Assembly (NCBI RefSeq): GCF_036321535.1
Contig: NC_087451.1
Coordinates: forward strand, 18,414,001 to 18,478,000
DNA from: Camelus dromedarius
Taxonomy: Eukaryota
Direction: 5' to 3'
Length of the DNA stretch: 64,000 nucleotides
Shown here piece after piece: positions 44,601 through 57,370 of this stretch. The notes beneath the pieces were generated by a model. That model was not told the DNA's origin and ran no database searches. It was given only the letters and a program-made list of their open reading frames with translations. The position numbers and the translations under genes are program-made. The first letter of the stretch is position 1, and each line of letters opens with the position of its first letter.

Positions 44601-47600
44601 TAGCTTACATGCCTAATCTCTAACACATGTATTAAGAAAAAAATAAAACAATGAAGAGAGTGCATGACCTCATTTACGTTAAATCAAAAAGTAACAAACA
44701 TGCATAAGCACATGAAAATACGCAGGAAACGATCTAGGAGGATAAATACCAAATTATTGCCAAGATTACTTCTGGGGATTAAAAATGGGAGGGGTGCAGG
44801 GAAGAAGTAAGGGCTGGGCGGGCGTTAAGACTTGTACAATGAACTTTAATTTTTTACTTAATATGTTTTCATATTGTCTGACTCTGAATAACTAACAGTC
44901 CCATATGATGGTTAAAAGCAGGGTCTTGACCAAGACTGCCTGGATTTGAATCCTGGTTCCACTGGTTTACAAGGTGTGACCTTGGGCAACTTACTTCTCT
45001 TTATCTCAGTTTCCTCACCTGTAAAAGGAAGGTAACAACTGTACCTGCCTCCGGGGGTGGTTGTGAGCATTAACAAACGTAAAACACTCAGAAGAGTTCC
45101 TGGCATGTACTAAGGGCTATTTAAGTATTAGGTAAGGAACTATTATTAGTTTTTATGTTAGAAAAGAAATCTCAACACCACCTCTAAGAAAAAAATTCTT
45201 TCCATGACTCCCCTCTGCCCCTGATAAAGGTTAACCTCCTCAGCTTAGCAGAAGCCCTGCTGACTTCCAGACTCTTCTTTGGCCACTGCTCCTCAAGCTG
45301 CAAAAATAGTCAGTCTCTGTGGTTCCCAAATACTCCGGACTATTTCTAGCTTCTCTGCATGGACTGCCCTTCTTCATTTTCTTTATCCTGTTAAGGTGAA
45401 CCGCAGGGTTACTGCCTTCTGGAAGCCAGTCCTGACATACTACGCTGGAGCAAATGCCCTCCTCTGCGTGGTACCTTGTATCTACCTCCAGCATGGCAAA
45501 TGCCCATTGTTTCATGTCACTCCCTACTGTGTCTTATCTCTGCCACTGGACCTGGCACATAGTAGGTGCTTAGAAAATGTTTACTAAATGGGCAAGAAAA
45601 TCAGAGAGATTTGAGATCATTGAGAACAAGAGGGTCAGTGTGGTAAAAGGGAGTTAAAAAGGCCACAGGAGGTCAGAAAAGTTGAGGGTCTGAGATGACC
45701 AAATTTAGGGGTCAGAAAAATCAGGGGCGGAATCAAAGAGAGCAGCAAGATTAAAGAGGTCAGGAGGTCAGGGAGATTTGTGAAGTCAAAGAGGTAGGTT
45801 ATTGAGGTCAGAAGAGGTCAGAGAGATAAAGAGGAGCAAGGACTCAGAGAACACCAAGGGGGTCAGAAAGGCCCCTGACGATTTCAGAAAGGACTTCAGT
45901 GTCTCACCACCGGGCCAAGGTCCCAGGCCGGGGCGGGGCGTAGCTGTCATGCCGGTGCAGCTGTATGAAGTCCTTGCCGGGGCCCTGGGCCAGCTCGGTG
46001 ATCTCCTGAGCCCACCACCGCGCCTGCCGGTAGCTGCTACACTTGAGAATCAGGGACCTGGACAGGAACAGTGGGATGGACCACAATCCTCACCCTCCAG
46101 ACCTCTGGCCTGGCCCAGAAACCTCCCTCCTTTAGCCATCACCTCTTTCCCACCTCCTCCCTGAGTCCCCACTTGAGACGACTCCATGGGACAGGGCAGA
46201 GATCTGCCTTGTTCACAGCTGTGCTGGCATTATGCCAGGAACTCAGGTTTGTTGAATAAATAAATGAACAAACAGAGTGCCTTTTCTTTTACACCAAGTG
46301 TCCCTCCCCCAAGCTTACACTCAACCCCTTCTCTCTGGACCCAGCCTCGAAGAGCAGTCCCAAGCATCTGGCTAGAAAAGTTCTCTGGTTCCAAATCACA
46401 GCCAGCTCCGGGGGGTGGGAGAACCTTCCCTTCCTCCATGGTGTCTTCCACTCAGCTCCCCTTAGGGCCCTGGGCTGGCTCTCCTTCACTCACCAGGTGT
46501 CAGTGCACGCAGGGAGGCCTTACCTGTGGGAGGTGTCGATCCGGACCCCATACCGTGCCTCTGTGCTCCTTTTCCCCACCTGCACCTCGAAGCCAGGGTC
46601 AAAGAGCTGAACAAATGAGATGGCGCCGGTCTCCAGGCACATGTACATCAGGAAGGAGTCCTTCACCACCAGCCACCTGGAGCGGAAGGGCTCCGACCAT
46701 TCCTCCAGGCCCTGGGGCTCTCCTTCCCCACCCCAACCCGTGACCCAGCTGCTCCGCTCAGGCCTCACCTCTTGGACCAGCGATAACAAACTTGGTCTCG
46801 GCCACAGCAGGTGAGGCCAGGAACGCGGTGGCCACCTGAGCGCTTCCGGATCACCCCCTCCCTGTGGGGAAACCCAGGAAGAGAAGCTGGATGAGGGACC
46901 CAGACCCCAGCCCACCCTGCACTGTTTTCCCTATGCATTCGCAGGCAGGGAGAGAACCAGATGTTGGCAGATGGCTGAGTGAGGGGGACCAGACACTCAC
47001 AGCCCTTTGCATCCAAGGTCTGGGATAAAGGATAGCTGACTGACTTCCAGGAACTCCGTCTGCAGAGGAAGAAAAAGGCTCAGAGGAGAGACTAGTTTTC
47101 AGCCTCTCAAATCCTACAGACCCTGGTCCTCTGTCCCTTGGTAGTCTGATTACCCTGCTCATCTCAAAAGCCCCAGGCATCCAGCCCCCAGATCTTACCA
47201 TGGCGTGGTAGTTGCGGTAGAAAGACATGGTCAGGAGACGGTTGAGGTAATTTTCCAGATATTTCTGAAGTAGGGGTGAAGTAGACAGAAGAGAGACAGA
47301 TGGGACCAAAACCATTAGCACCCCAAATGCCTTCCCAGGGGACCTGGTGTCTGATCCCACCTGTTTGCTGGATGCATGTCTGGCGGAGCCCTCAGGACCT
47401 GCTCGGGGTAGAGAGGGCATCTCCCTGTTGGCTGCCTCTTGGGCTGGAGCGTAGGCAACGGCAAAACTGTGGAAGGGATGGGGGAGGGGGGGAGGGTCAG
47501 TAAGAGCAGGGAGGCTGGGTGCCTGGGTTCCTGAAGCCCTGGAGATGGGGTCTTGGAGAAGGGGACAGGGCCTAGAGGCTGGCAGAAGGAATGCCCTTTA

Positions 47601-48479
47601 CCCTGAGAATGGAGACAGAAAAAGGTGGGAGGCTGCCAAGGGTATTTTGGGCATCCAGCCCGGCTGAGATATTGGCCCAGAACCATGGACAGGGAGAATG
47701 GAGCAGGGAAGGTTTCCTGGTAACCGGGGTCAGAGGAGGGGGCCCAGTGGCCAGAGTTGGAGGAGGAAAGTGGCTGGGGGAGGAAAAGTTGTGGCCTGGG
47801 GATGAGGCAGGCAGAAAGCAGTGATGGAGTCTAGGGGAGTGACAGCCCATGAGGCCACATGGTGAGGGGCACCTGCCCTTCCCAGGAGACAGACTGGCCC
47901 CCCTCACCGAGCCAGAGGGAGCAGACTCATCAAGACTTTGTGTCTCAGGAGGTCCCGATGCAGCTCCTGGAAATGACGGAACTTCTTCTTGGTTGTCCAG
48001 GTAAAGTCGCCGTGAGTCAAGCGGACAGAATACAGAGTGCACGTGCCCACCTGGGGGAGTGAGGAACACAATGGATGTTCCCTGGTTGGGTGGCCCCACT
48101 CACTCTGGCCAGCCCTCCCCTCACCCTCCTCCCTGATGCCAGCCCAGCCACCTTGGATCCACTGGTGTATCTTTCAGTGCCCACCACCTGGGCTATGACG
48201 GGGACCCCAGGGGCAAACACCAAGGGGTGCATTTTCAGGGGCTGAAGGTTGTAGATGGCCAGAAAGGGGTGCATCCGGTCAGCTGGAAGGAAAGACAGTG
48301 TTAAGAGTGTGGACCAAAGGAGGTATCAGCCCCTCCTCCTCCTCTCCCTGAGCTGCGCCCTCCGGTGTACCTGGGTCCTCTCCCTCCTTTAGAGTGTCCA
48401 CCTCATCGGGCTCCATATGTAACTGGCTGGAGTCCAGATCACCCCCAGTGGGGAAAAGGCTCTCAGGGGTTGCCGCCAT
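38432..48479 (-). CDS. PLD2: Phospholipase D2 (PX-PH-HKD-HKD), 933 aa expected
   Basis: Coding exons 2-25 listed separately. Visible exons plus the recalled human sizes of the N-masked exon 11 (84 nt) and exon 12 (79 nt) sum to 2802 nt. Both HKD motifs are intact ([17 protein letters not shown]); C-terminus PLEVWT*. Confidence 0.97.
38907..39021 (-). CDS. PLD2: PLD2 exon 24
   Basis: [38 protein letters not shown]; 115 nt. Confidence 0.95.
39209..39410 (+). mobile_element. Artiodactyl-type L1 3' tail in PLD2 intron 23
   Basis: 'gaggtcctactgtatagcatagggaactatattcaata...tgctgtacaccagaaattaacacaacattgtaa...' plus an A-tail. Confidence 0.85.
39625..39778 (-). CDS. PLD2: PLD2 exon 23
   Basis: [26 protein letters not shown]...ALSLRKHCF; 154 nt. 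Confidence 0.95.
40022..40156 (-). CDS. PLD2: PLD2 exon 22 (second HKD)
   Basis: [44 protein letters not shown]; 135 nt. Confidence 0.95.
40434..40483 (-). CDS. PLD2: PLD2 exon 21
   Basis: [16 protein letters not shown]; 50 nt. Confidence 0.93.
40658..40771 (-). CDS. PLD2: PLD2 exon 20
   Basis: [37 protein letters not shown]; 114 nt. Confidence 0.95.
40877..40965 (-). CDS. PLD2: PLD2 exon 19
   Basis: [29 protein letters not shown]; 89 nt. Confidence 0.95.
41154..41258 (-). CDS. PLD2: PLD2 exon 18
   Basis: [35 protein letters not shown]; 105 nt. Confidence 0.95.
41382..41495 (-). CDS. PLD2: PLD2 exon 17
   Basis: [38 protein letters not shown]; 114 nt. Confidence 0.94.
41586..41704 (-). 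CDS. PLD2: PLD2 exon 16 (polybasic PIP2-binding region)
   Basis: [39 protein letters not shown]; 119 nt. Confidence 0.95.
41870..41996 (-). CDS. PLD2: PLD2 exon 15
   Basis: [42 protein letters not shown]; 127 nt. Confidence 0.94.
42392..42562 (-). CDS. PLD2: PLD2 exon 14 (first HKD)
   Basis: [39 protein letters not shown]...ATPQ; 171 nt. Confidence 0.95.
42740..42850 (-). CDS. PLD2: PLD2 exon 13
   Basis: [37 protein letters not shown]; 111 nt. Confidence 0.95.
43020..43280. repeat. Degenerate (CATC/CCAT)n low-complexity tract
   Basis: Read directly; PLD2 intron 12. Confidence 0.75.
43354..43416. repeat. Three tandem copies of GTAACACAGTAGAGGGAAG (19-23 bp period)
   Basis: Read directly. 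Confidence 0.85.
43607..43738 (-). other. PLD2: N block (132 nt) inferred to hide PLD2 exon 12
   Basis: Exon 12 sequence is absent elsewhere between exons 11 and 13; a pyrimidine-rich stretch (ttagtttcccc on the - strand) runs into the block. Confidence 0.8.
43853..43876 (-). CDS. PLD2: PLD2 exon 11, visible 3' part only (rest lies in N block 43877-44016)
   Basis: EIFITDW(W) followed by a GTAAGT donor. Confidence 0.9.
44090..44900 (+). mobile_element. Old L1M remnant in PLD2 intron 10
   Basis: 'tatataaagagttccaacaaatcaat...gaaaatggccaatcataggaaaagatgttcag...gaggacaatttggcag'. Confidence 0.7.
44905..45135 (+). mobile_element. MIR SINE, near full length
   Basis: 'tggatttgaatcctgg...gtgtgaccttgggcaacttac...ctcagtttcctcacctgtaaaa'. 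Confidence 0.8.
45240..45590 (+). mobile_element. L2 LINE 3' remnant
   Basis: Ends 'cctggcacatagtaggtgcttagaaaatgtttac'. Confidence 0.55.
45632..45865. promoter_or_regulatory. Array of RGGTCA nuclear-receptor half-sites, including DR2 and DR4
   Basis: Eight perfect RGGTCA at 45632, 45670, 45709, 45757, 45765, 45805, 45815, 45860; function is inferred. Confidence 0.5.
45908..46057 (-). CDS. PLD2: PLD2 exon 10
   Basis: [49 protein letters not shown](W); 150 nt. Confidence 0.95.
46524..46676 (-). CDS. PLD2: PLD2 exon 9 (PH domain)
   Basis: [34 protein letters not shown]...DTSH; 153 nt. Confidence 0.95.
46769..46861 (-). CDS. PLD2: PLD2 exon 8
   Basis: [30 protein letters not shown]; 93 nt. 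Confidence 0.95.
47001..47059 (-). CDS. PLD2: PLD2 exon 7
   Basis: [19 protein letters not shown]; 59 nt. Confidence 0.94.
47199..47264 (-). CDS. PLD2: PLD2 exon 6
   Basis: [22 protein letters not shown]; 66 nt. Confidence 0.95.
47361..47466 (-). CDS. PLD2: PLD2 exon 5
   Basis: [35 protein letters not shown]; 106 nt. Confidence 0.93.
47908..48050 (-). CDS. PLD2: PLD2 exon 4 (PX domain)
   Basis: [47 protein letters not shown]; 143 nt. Confidence 0.95.
48152..48282 (-). CDS. PLD2: PLD2 exon 3
   Basis: [43 protein letters not shown]; 131 nt. Confidence 0.95.
48371..48479 (-). CDS. PLD2: PLD2 exon 2, coding part (start codon)
   Basis: Acceptor TAG, then G, then ATG; [36 protein letters not shown]. 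Confidence 0.94.
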
Positions 48480-48859
48480 CCTAGGAATAAGGGGTGGCCT
48501 CAGTAAGGTGATGTGATTTTTAGAACCCTGCCCCTTAGATCCCACCCCTACGGTCCTCCATCTCCCACAGGTACCGGGGGCCACCTACTTGGCTCCCGCT
48601 GACTCTCAGTCTCTCGCTGATTATGGCCCACCGGTCTGCAACGCCCTGCCAGCCCGCCTCTAATCTCCATCCCCTATCTCGGTCCTTCATCCAGAATCCC
48701 TGAGCCCCGTAACCAAGGTAGAGAGGAACACCCAGCCAGGCCCAGATGGCCCCGAAGTGGGGCAGAGTAGAAGCCAGGGGAGGGGCCCCGGGGAGTTGCA
48801 AGGGACCCGGAGCCGCCGGGACTCCAGCCAGACCAGACCAGCTGGGAGAAGGGGTCCAG

Positions 48860-49520
48860 GCGGGAATGAGGAAGTTATGCGTTCCCCGCCCGGGAGGGAA
48901 ATCCCGAAATCTGAGCAGCCGGCTGAGTCAGGAGGCCCCGCAGCCCGGGCCCATTCCCGTGCCCTCCCGATTTCCTGGGCCCGGGACCTCTGTGGAGCCC
49001 CGTCCCCGGTCCCCTCACCCGGGCAGCCCGAGCAGGCGGCAGCGCGGGTTCGCGAGCAGAGGGAGCGGAGCAGGGCGGGAGCGGGAGCCCACACCCCAGC
49101 GGGCCAGGGCGGGGCGGGCGCTGAGGGCCTGCCCTCGGGGGCGGGACGGCCCCCGGCCTCACCTCCGCGGGATTCTCGTGCGTACTGTCCCGCCCCCGCC
49201 GCCCTCTGCCCGCCCCGCCGTTCTGCGCGCCGCCGGGGCGCGGGGGCAGCCCGCCCTCTGCCCCGCGGGGCCGCGCCTCCCGCTCCGAGCATCTACGCGG
49301 CGCTGTCTGCCGGGCTGTCCGTCAGTCCCGCGCCGTCGGTCTGCGCGTGCCCGCCCGCCGCCCGACAGGCGCTCAGCGCTCGCATCCTCCTCCCCTCGGG
49401 TGTGGGTACCTCGGATCCTCTCCTGCCACCTGCCCTGCCTGGGTCCCTGGCGGAACGCGCCTTGGCGGCGGGGACCTGCGGGTGCTCGCTTCCCGGGCTG
49501 GCTGTGACCACATTGGGCCC
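48860..49520. promoter_or_regulatory. PLD2: CpG-island promoter and non-coding exon 1 of PLD2
   Basis: High CpG density and GC boxes; candidate GTGAG donors end exon 1 at 49019 or 49163 (- strand). Confidence 0.8.
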
Positions 49521-49769
49521 GGCCTAGCCAGCGTTTACAGATGGAAGGAATGATAAAAGGCCCTAGGGCTAGTGGCCACAAATTCATGAACTTGCATTCT
49601 TTTATTCATTCGCTATATATTGTGCACTTGCTCCAGCGCCAGACACTCAGCATGCAGTAGTGAAAGCTCACGGGACCTGCTCTTCTAAAACTTACGATCT
49701 CGGGAGAAACAGGAAAATTTTCAGATTCTAAAAGACAAAATACTTACTTTTTTTTTAAAAGCAGATTTC

Positions 49770-50540
49770 TTTCTCTCTTCTAGATGGAAGAGTGAGTTGA
49801 TGGACATTTCTTGATGGACATTTGGTTTGTTTCTAGTTTTTCTCTCTTGTGAATAGAGCTCCTATAAACATTCCTGGTTAAGTCTTTGGGTAGAAATATG
49901 TTTGCATTTTTCTTGGGTAAATAGCTAGGATTGTAACTGGGTCATAGGATTGTAATTTAACTTTTTAAGAAACTGCCAGAATGATTTGGTCTCTAATTGT
50001 ACATATTTAAAATATAGAGACAGGGTAAAGAAATGGACAAGTAAAGGATATTTGTAAATGGTCATTAAAAAGCAGTTTTCTAATAAATGAAATATTTTAA
50101 AATGTTGGAGGAAAAAAGGAATTGCCAAACCATTTCCCAAAATGTTTCACATTTCCAAAATCTATGCATAGTAATTCCAGTTGTTCTGCAGCATGACCAG
50201 TATTTGATATTGTCGACTTTTTTAGTATTAGCCATGCTAATAAGTATAAAATAGTGTATCATTGTAGTCTTATTTGCATTTCTCTGGTGATTAATGATGT
50301 TGACCATGTCTCATGTGCTTATTGACAATTTTATTTTAAGTGTTTAATTCTTTCACTGATTTTTTTTGAAAACCATGTTATTTGTCTTATTGAATTGCAA
50401 GAGTTCTTTATATATTTTGGACACAAATACTTTATCAGATATAAGTATTGCAAATATTTTCTCTCAGAATGTGGCTTGTCTTTTTAAAATAATGGTGCCT
50501 TTTGAAGAGCAGAAGTTTCTGATTTTGAACTTGTGGTATA
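49770..50540 (-). mobile_element. Old L1M fragment(s), minus orientation
   Basis: 'gatggacatttggtttg...ttttaagaaactgcca...catttctctggtgattaatgatgttga...tgcaaatattttctc'. Confidence 0.85.
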
Positions 50541-51510
50541 TAGACTATTACTCAGCAATAAAAATGAAGAAAGTGTAAAATGGTGCAGCCATCTTGGAAA
50601 ACAGTTCCTCAAAATGTTAAGCGTAGAGTTACCTACCATATGGTCCAGCAATTCCACTCCTAGGTATATACCCTAAAGAATTGGAAACGTATGTCTACAC
50701 AAAAAATTGCACATGAATGTCCACAGTAGTATTCATATAGCCCAAAAGTAGAAACAAACCAAATGTCCATCTATAAATGAATGGACAAACACANNNNNNN
50801 NNNNNNNNNNNNNNNNNNNNNNNNNNNNNNNNNNNNNNNNNNNNNNNNNNNNNNNNNNNNNNNNNNNNNNNNNNNNNNNNNNNNNNNNNNNNNNNNNNNN
50901 NNNNNNNNNNNNNNNNNNNNNNNNNNNNNNNNNNNNNNNNNNNNNNNNNNNNNNNNNNNNNNNNNNNNNNNNNNCTGTTGCTTGACCAGTAGCTGGGGAG
51001 AAGGCTAGGGGAGTGACAGGGTTTCTTTTGAGGGTGACGAAAGGGTTATAAAATTAGTTGTGATGGTTACACACCTCTGTGATTACAGTAAAAACCACTG
51101 GAATTACAGACTTTAAAAGGGAGAATTTTATGGCATATGAATTATTTCTCAATAAAGTTATTATAAAAGCACAAACTGTTAACACATACCCCGTGGGTGA
51201 ATTTCAAAACCATTTCAGCAAAATGAAGCTAGACACAGAAGGGTAGTACTATATGATTCCATTAACATAAAGTTCTGGAAACACAAAACCAATCTATAGT
51301 GATGGAAATCAGAGCAGTAGTTGCCTGTGGCAGGGAGTGGGGGAAAAAGGGACAGTGAAGGGAACACAGGGAACTTGGTGATGGAGATGCCCTATATCTT
51401 GATTGGAATGGTGATTACATGGGTGTATGCGCTTGTCAAAACTCACAGAACTGTCCACTAAGATGTGTGCATTAAATTGAGTGTAAATTTTTACTTTGAC
51501 AATGTTAATT
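50540..51510 (+). mobile_element. Old L1M 3' fragments, plus orientation; N block at 50794-50974
   Basis: 'aaatggtgcagccatcttggaaaac...cagcaattccactcctaggtatatac...aaccaaatgtccatc' and two successive 3' UTR ends. Confidence 0.85.
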
Positions 51511-51759
51511 TAAAAACCAGATTTCTGTCCAAGTCAGGCAGCATTGTCAGCAGTGCTCCCCAACCTTCTCAACTCACATCATGACCCCTTTAGGGAATGA
51601 TAGTATAGCATCTGCACAGCTCTACTAGGGGGCATTTAGAGCCCTTGGTTAGCATACTCTGGACCTGAGGCTTCCAGCCTGGCCTCTGGCTGCCCTACAC
51701 CTGGATGAGAGCATCAGTGTCTGCCAGGAACATACTTGGGAAGCTCAGGGTGGTGATGA

Positions 51760-51960
51760 GTGAACTCTGGGGTCAGACTGATGTAGATAAGGGAAAGTTT
51801 CTGTTCTTCTGATTACTGCCTGTGTAACCTTGAGCCAGTCACTTAGTCTGTCAGTGACTGATTCCTCATCTGTGAAATCTTACTTCAAAAGATCATGGAC
51901 ATGATTAAATGAGATAACATGTAAAAGTCCCTAGAATCTACCTGGCACAGCATAATTGAC
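51760..51960 (+). mobile_element. MIR SINE
   Basis: 'tgtgtaaccttgagccagtcactt...ttcctcatctgtgaaat...attaaatgagataacatgtaaaag'. Confidence 0.7.
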
Positions 51961-52406
51961 CAATTACAACTATTTTTATACAAGAAGACAAGAGCTACTG
52001 GACCATTTAATAAGAACATAACACTATCCTGAGTAGTAAATTTTCTTGTTCTAAAAAAGTAGGCTATTTAAAGAAATTTTACATCTTGGGCATTCTAAAT
52101 ACAAGTGAATCTCATTCTAAAATACAAATAAATCCCTAGCAGGGTCCAGCCTAGCACCAAGTTGTCTGGCATTGCTGCAATGACTTTTCCCTGCATCTGT
52201 CTGTCCCAGCACCTCTGTGTCTGTCTGTACCATGCTACCCCTCCCAGTCTCCTCCTGCTTCTCCATGGGGATCAGAGACAACCCCCAAAATTAAGGGGGC
52301 ACAGAAGGGTAGGTGTTTGAGTGGGTTATCCCCCACCCCTTCCCTCCTCCCTCTTCTCCCCCTTCCATCTCCTGGCGCCTGTAATCACCAGGCGGTCTGA
52401 GGCTAA

Positions 52407-53141
<735 letters not shown>

Positions 53142-53248
53142 AGGGGAAAACCAGGGGCTGAACTTCTGGGAGGCCTTGGCAATCTTCCTTCCCCTGACCT
53201 CTCAGTGATCCCAGTGTCTGGCTCCCCCAAGTCCCTCATGACCTTCCT

Positions 53249-53254
53249 ATTAAA
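53249..53254 (+). terminator. C17orf114 poly(A) signal ATTAAA
   Basis: ~110 nt after the stop codon. Confidence 0.6.
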
Positions 53255-53534
53255 TACACTGAGAGTTGCCAAGTGTTGTATGTGCGTGTGCCTTGGAGAA
53301 TGGGGAGTAGACAGGGACCACAAGAGCAGGGCTGTGTTATGAGGCTGAGATGGGAGGTGTATGAGGTGGGAGTGGGGATGCAGGAGTGGTGACTAAGAGA
53401 TAGCTGATCTCAGGCAGAGCCCAGGTAAGCCTAGCAGAAGCAGGTTTGCTGAAATCAAGCCTGAGTTGAGTGTGGCGAGAGCAGTTTGGAGAGGGTGGTG
53501 TATAGGCAGGACAGCAGATGGGGCTAGAGAGCAT

Positions 53535-53930
53535 GATCATTCAACAAATATCAAGTGTCCACTCCCTGCCAGGCACTGAGAATTTATCAGTGACTTAAGC
53601 ACAAAGAATTCTCTCTTCTCCCTGAATTTACTAGTAGGGGAAGTAGACAATAAATAATCCCAGTAATATGAGCTAGTGATAAGTACTGATATGAAGAAAA
53701 TTAAACAGGTCATGTGAGAGCAGGATGGATTAAAATTCAAATGGTCAGGAAAAGGCCTTTCCGTTGAGAGATGAAGAGTTCTCAGGATTTACTGCTAGAC
53801 TGAATGTGGAGAACAAGGGAAAGAGAGGAATCAAAGATGCCTTGAGATAAGGAGGACCAGGAGAACAGGTTTTGCAGAAAATCAAAAGTTTTCCATTGGT
53901 TATTTTAAGTTTGAGGTATGCATGTTTGGA
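53535..53930 (-). mobile_element. L2 LINE remnant
   Basis: 'tcattcaacaaatatcaagtg...gccaggcactgag...'. Confidence 0.65.
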
Positions 53931-54789
53931 GTCTGAGATCCTTCTTCACTTAATCCAGGACCTCACTGGCTCCTTAGGAAGCCTCCCTTGAACCCTCCAA
54001 AATCTTCCAGGGCAGGATTATATTCTAGAACCAGGTTTTCAATTGTGGCTCCTACAGTTCCCTTATCCACCGACTGAGTAAAGTAGATTAGGGCCAGGCT
54101 GTGGGTCACTGTCAATGAGCACCACTGAGGTCCTTTAGGTCCCTGGCTGGAGTGGGGACAGCCTTGGAGGGGCCAGAGTCCACTCTCAGCCTCCCATCCA
54201 AGCGGCTGAAGGCTGACTTCCCACCACACTCCGGTGGGAATGGTGGCTTCTGGAGCTGACCCACAGCACTCCCACTGGCTGCCCTCTCCGACCCCACATC
54301 CGTCCCAAACTCCATTTGCAACAAGGTCCACCTTTCTCCCCAAAGCCAAAGCAGTCACACTGCTGCTCCTGCAAGATGAAATGACAGGTGGGTGTGGACC
54401 ATGAGCCTGAGCTGGAGATATGGAGTCCATCTGGCCTTAGGGCCAGAAGCCTCCCATGATGACCGGCAGGAGGCAGGCGAGGGGAAGTGACTCCAGTTTC
54501 TGCCAGAATTCTGAGTTCTTGGGCTTGAACAGGGAGGGGGGCGGGTCACTCACTGGGAGCCCCCACATCAACCACACTGAGTTCACAAGGACCTGGATAT
54601 GGTAGAGGAAAGTGTGGAAGAAGGTGGCCTGGAGAAAGAGGATTAAAAACCACCCTTGTAGTAAAGTCTCCTCTCTAGCTTCTTCAGAGCTCAGAGTAAT
54701 GGTTTCTATAAACAGGAGGGGGCCGGACAAGTTTAGGCTTGAGGTCAAGAAGAGAACCCCAAAGCAAACAGATTCTCATTGACAAACTG

Positions 54790-54795
54790 TTTATT
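54790..54795 (-). terminator. PSMB6 poly(A) signal AATAAA
   Basis: tttatt on the + strand, ~50 nt after the stop codon. Confidence 0.8.
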
Positions 54796-54847
54796 GAGTT
54801 TTGCATCAGTCCGGGGTATCTCTTATTGCATCCTGGGATCCCAGGGC

Positions 54848-56756
<1,909 letters not shown>

Positions 56757-56797
56757 CTTCCTCCTCCGGTATAGCCACAAAGCAACTGTCGTAAAGC

Positions 56798-56807
56798 GCT
56801 CTGTCAC
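56798..56807 (-). promoter_or_regulatory. ARE (NFE2L1/NFE2L2-type) motif just upstream of the PSMB6 ATG
   Basis: GTGACAGAGC on the - strand matches RTGACnnnGC; NFE2L1 is known to induce proteasome genes through AREs. Confidence 0.6.
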
Positions 56808-57029
56808 TCTTCAGTCGTGCTCCGAGGCCTTCTCGGGGCCAGGCTATACCACAGTTTACGGCAGAAGGGAAATGATGTGCAGGGAAGGTTCTTTTGCGAC
56901 AGTGACGCTTGATGGCAGTGTGTCAGGCAAACAACAAACCAAACCAAATCAAAACAAAACAAGTAAGTTTGGAAAGACTGCTTTCTTATCGGTCCTCGGA
57001 GGAATTGCTGGGTCATGTAGTAACTTTTT

Positions 57030-57370
57030 ATTTAATATTTTGAGGAACTGACAACTTTCTACAGCAGCTGCCCCATTTTGCATTCCCACCGGTCTTGAAT
57101 GAGGAATCCAGCTTCTCCACTTTCTAATTGCTATTGTGCATTTTATATTTTAGTCATCTTAATGCGTGTGAAGTGGTATTTTGTGGTTTTTTTGGGGGGG
57201 CATTTTCCTAATGATTAATAATGTTGAACAAGTTTTCATGTGCTAAGTGATCGTTTGTATATCTTTTTTGGGAAAATATTTATTCAAGTTCTTTGCCCAT
57301 TTTTAAATTGGCTTATCTTTTTATTGTTGAGTTGTAGGAGTCCCTCTTATATTCTGCATACTAGCCTTTT
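57030..57370 (-). mobile_element. L1M fragment
   Basis: 'attttgaggaactg...cattttgcattcccacc...gtgtgaagtggtatt...ttcaagttctttgcccattttt'. Confidence 0.8.

Noticed and set aside
48687-49587. 200-256 aa ORFs on both strands at the PLD2 promoter
   Set aside because: These are GC-rich island artefacts with no recognisable domain.
49770-51150. Single twin-primed (5'-inverted) L1 insertion
   Set aside because: The minus and plus segments cover overlapping parts of the L1 3' region by a few hundred bases, which fits two independent old insertions better.
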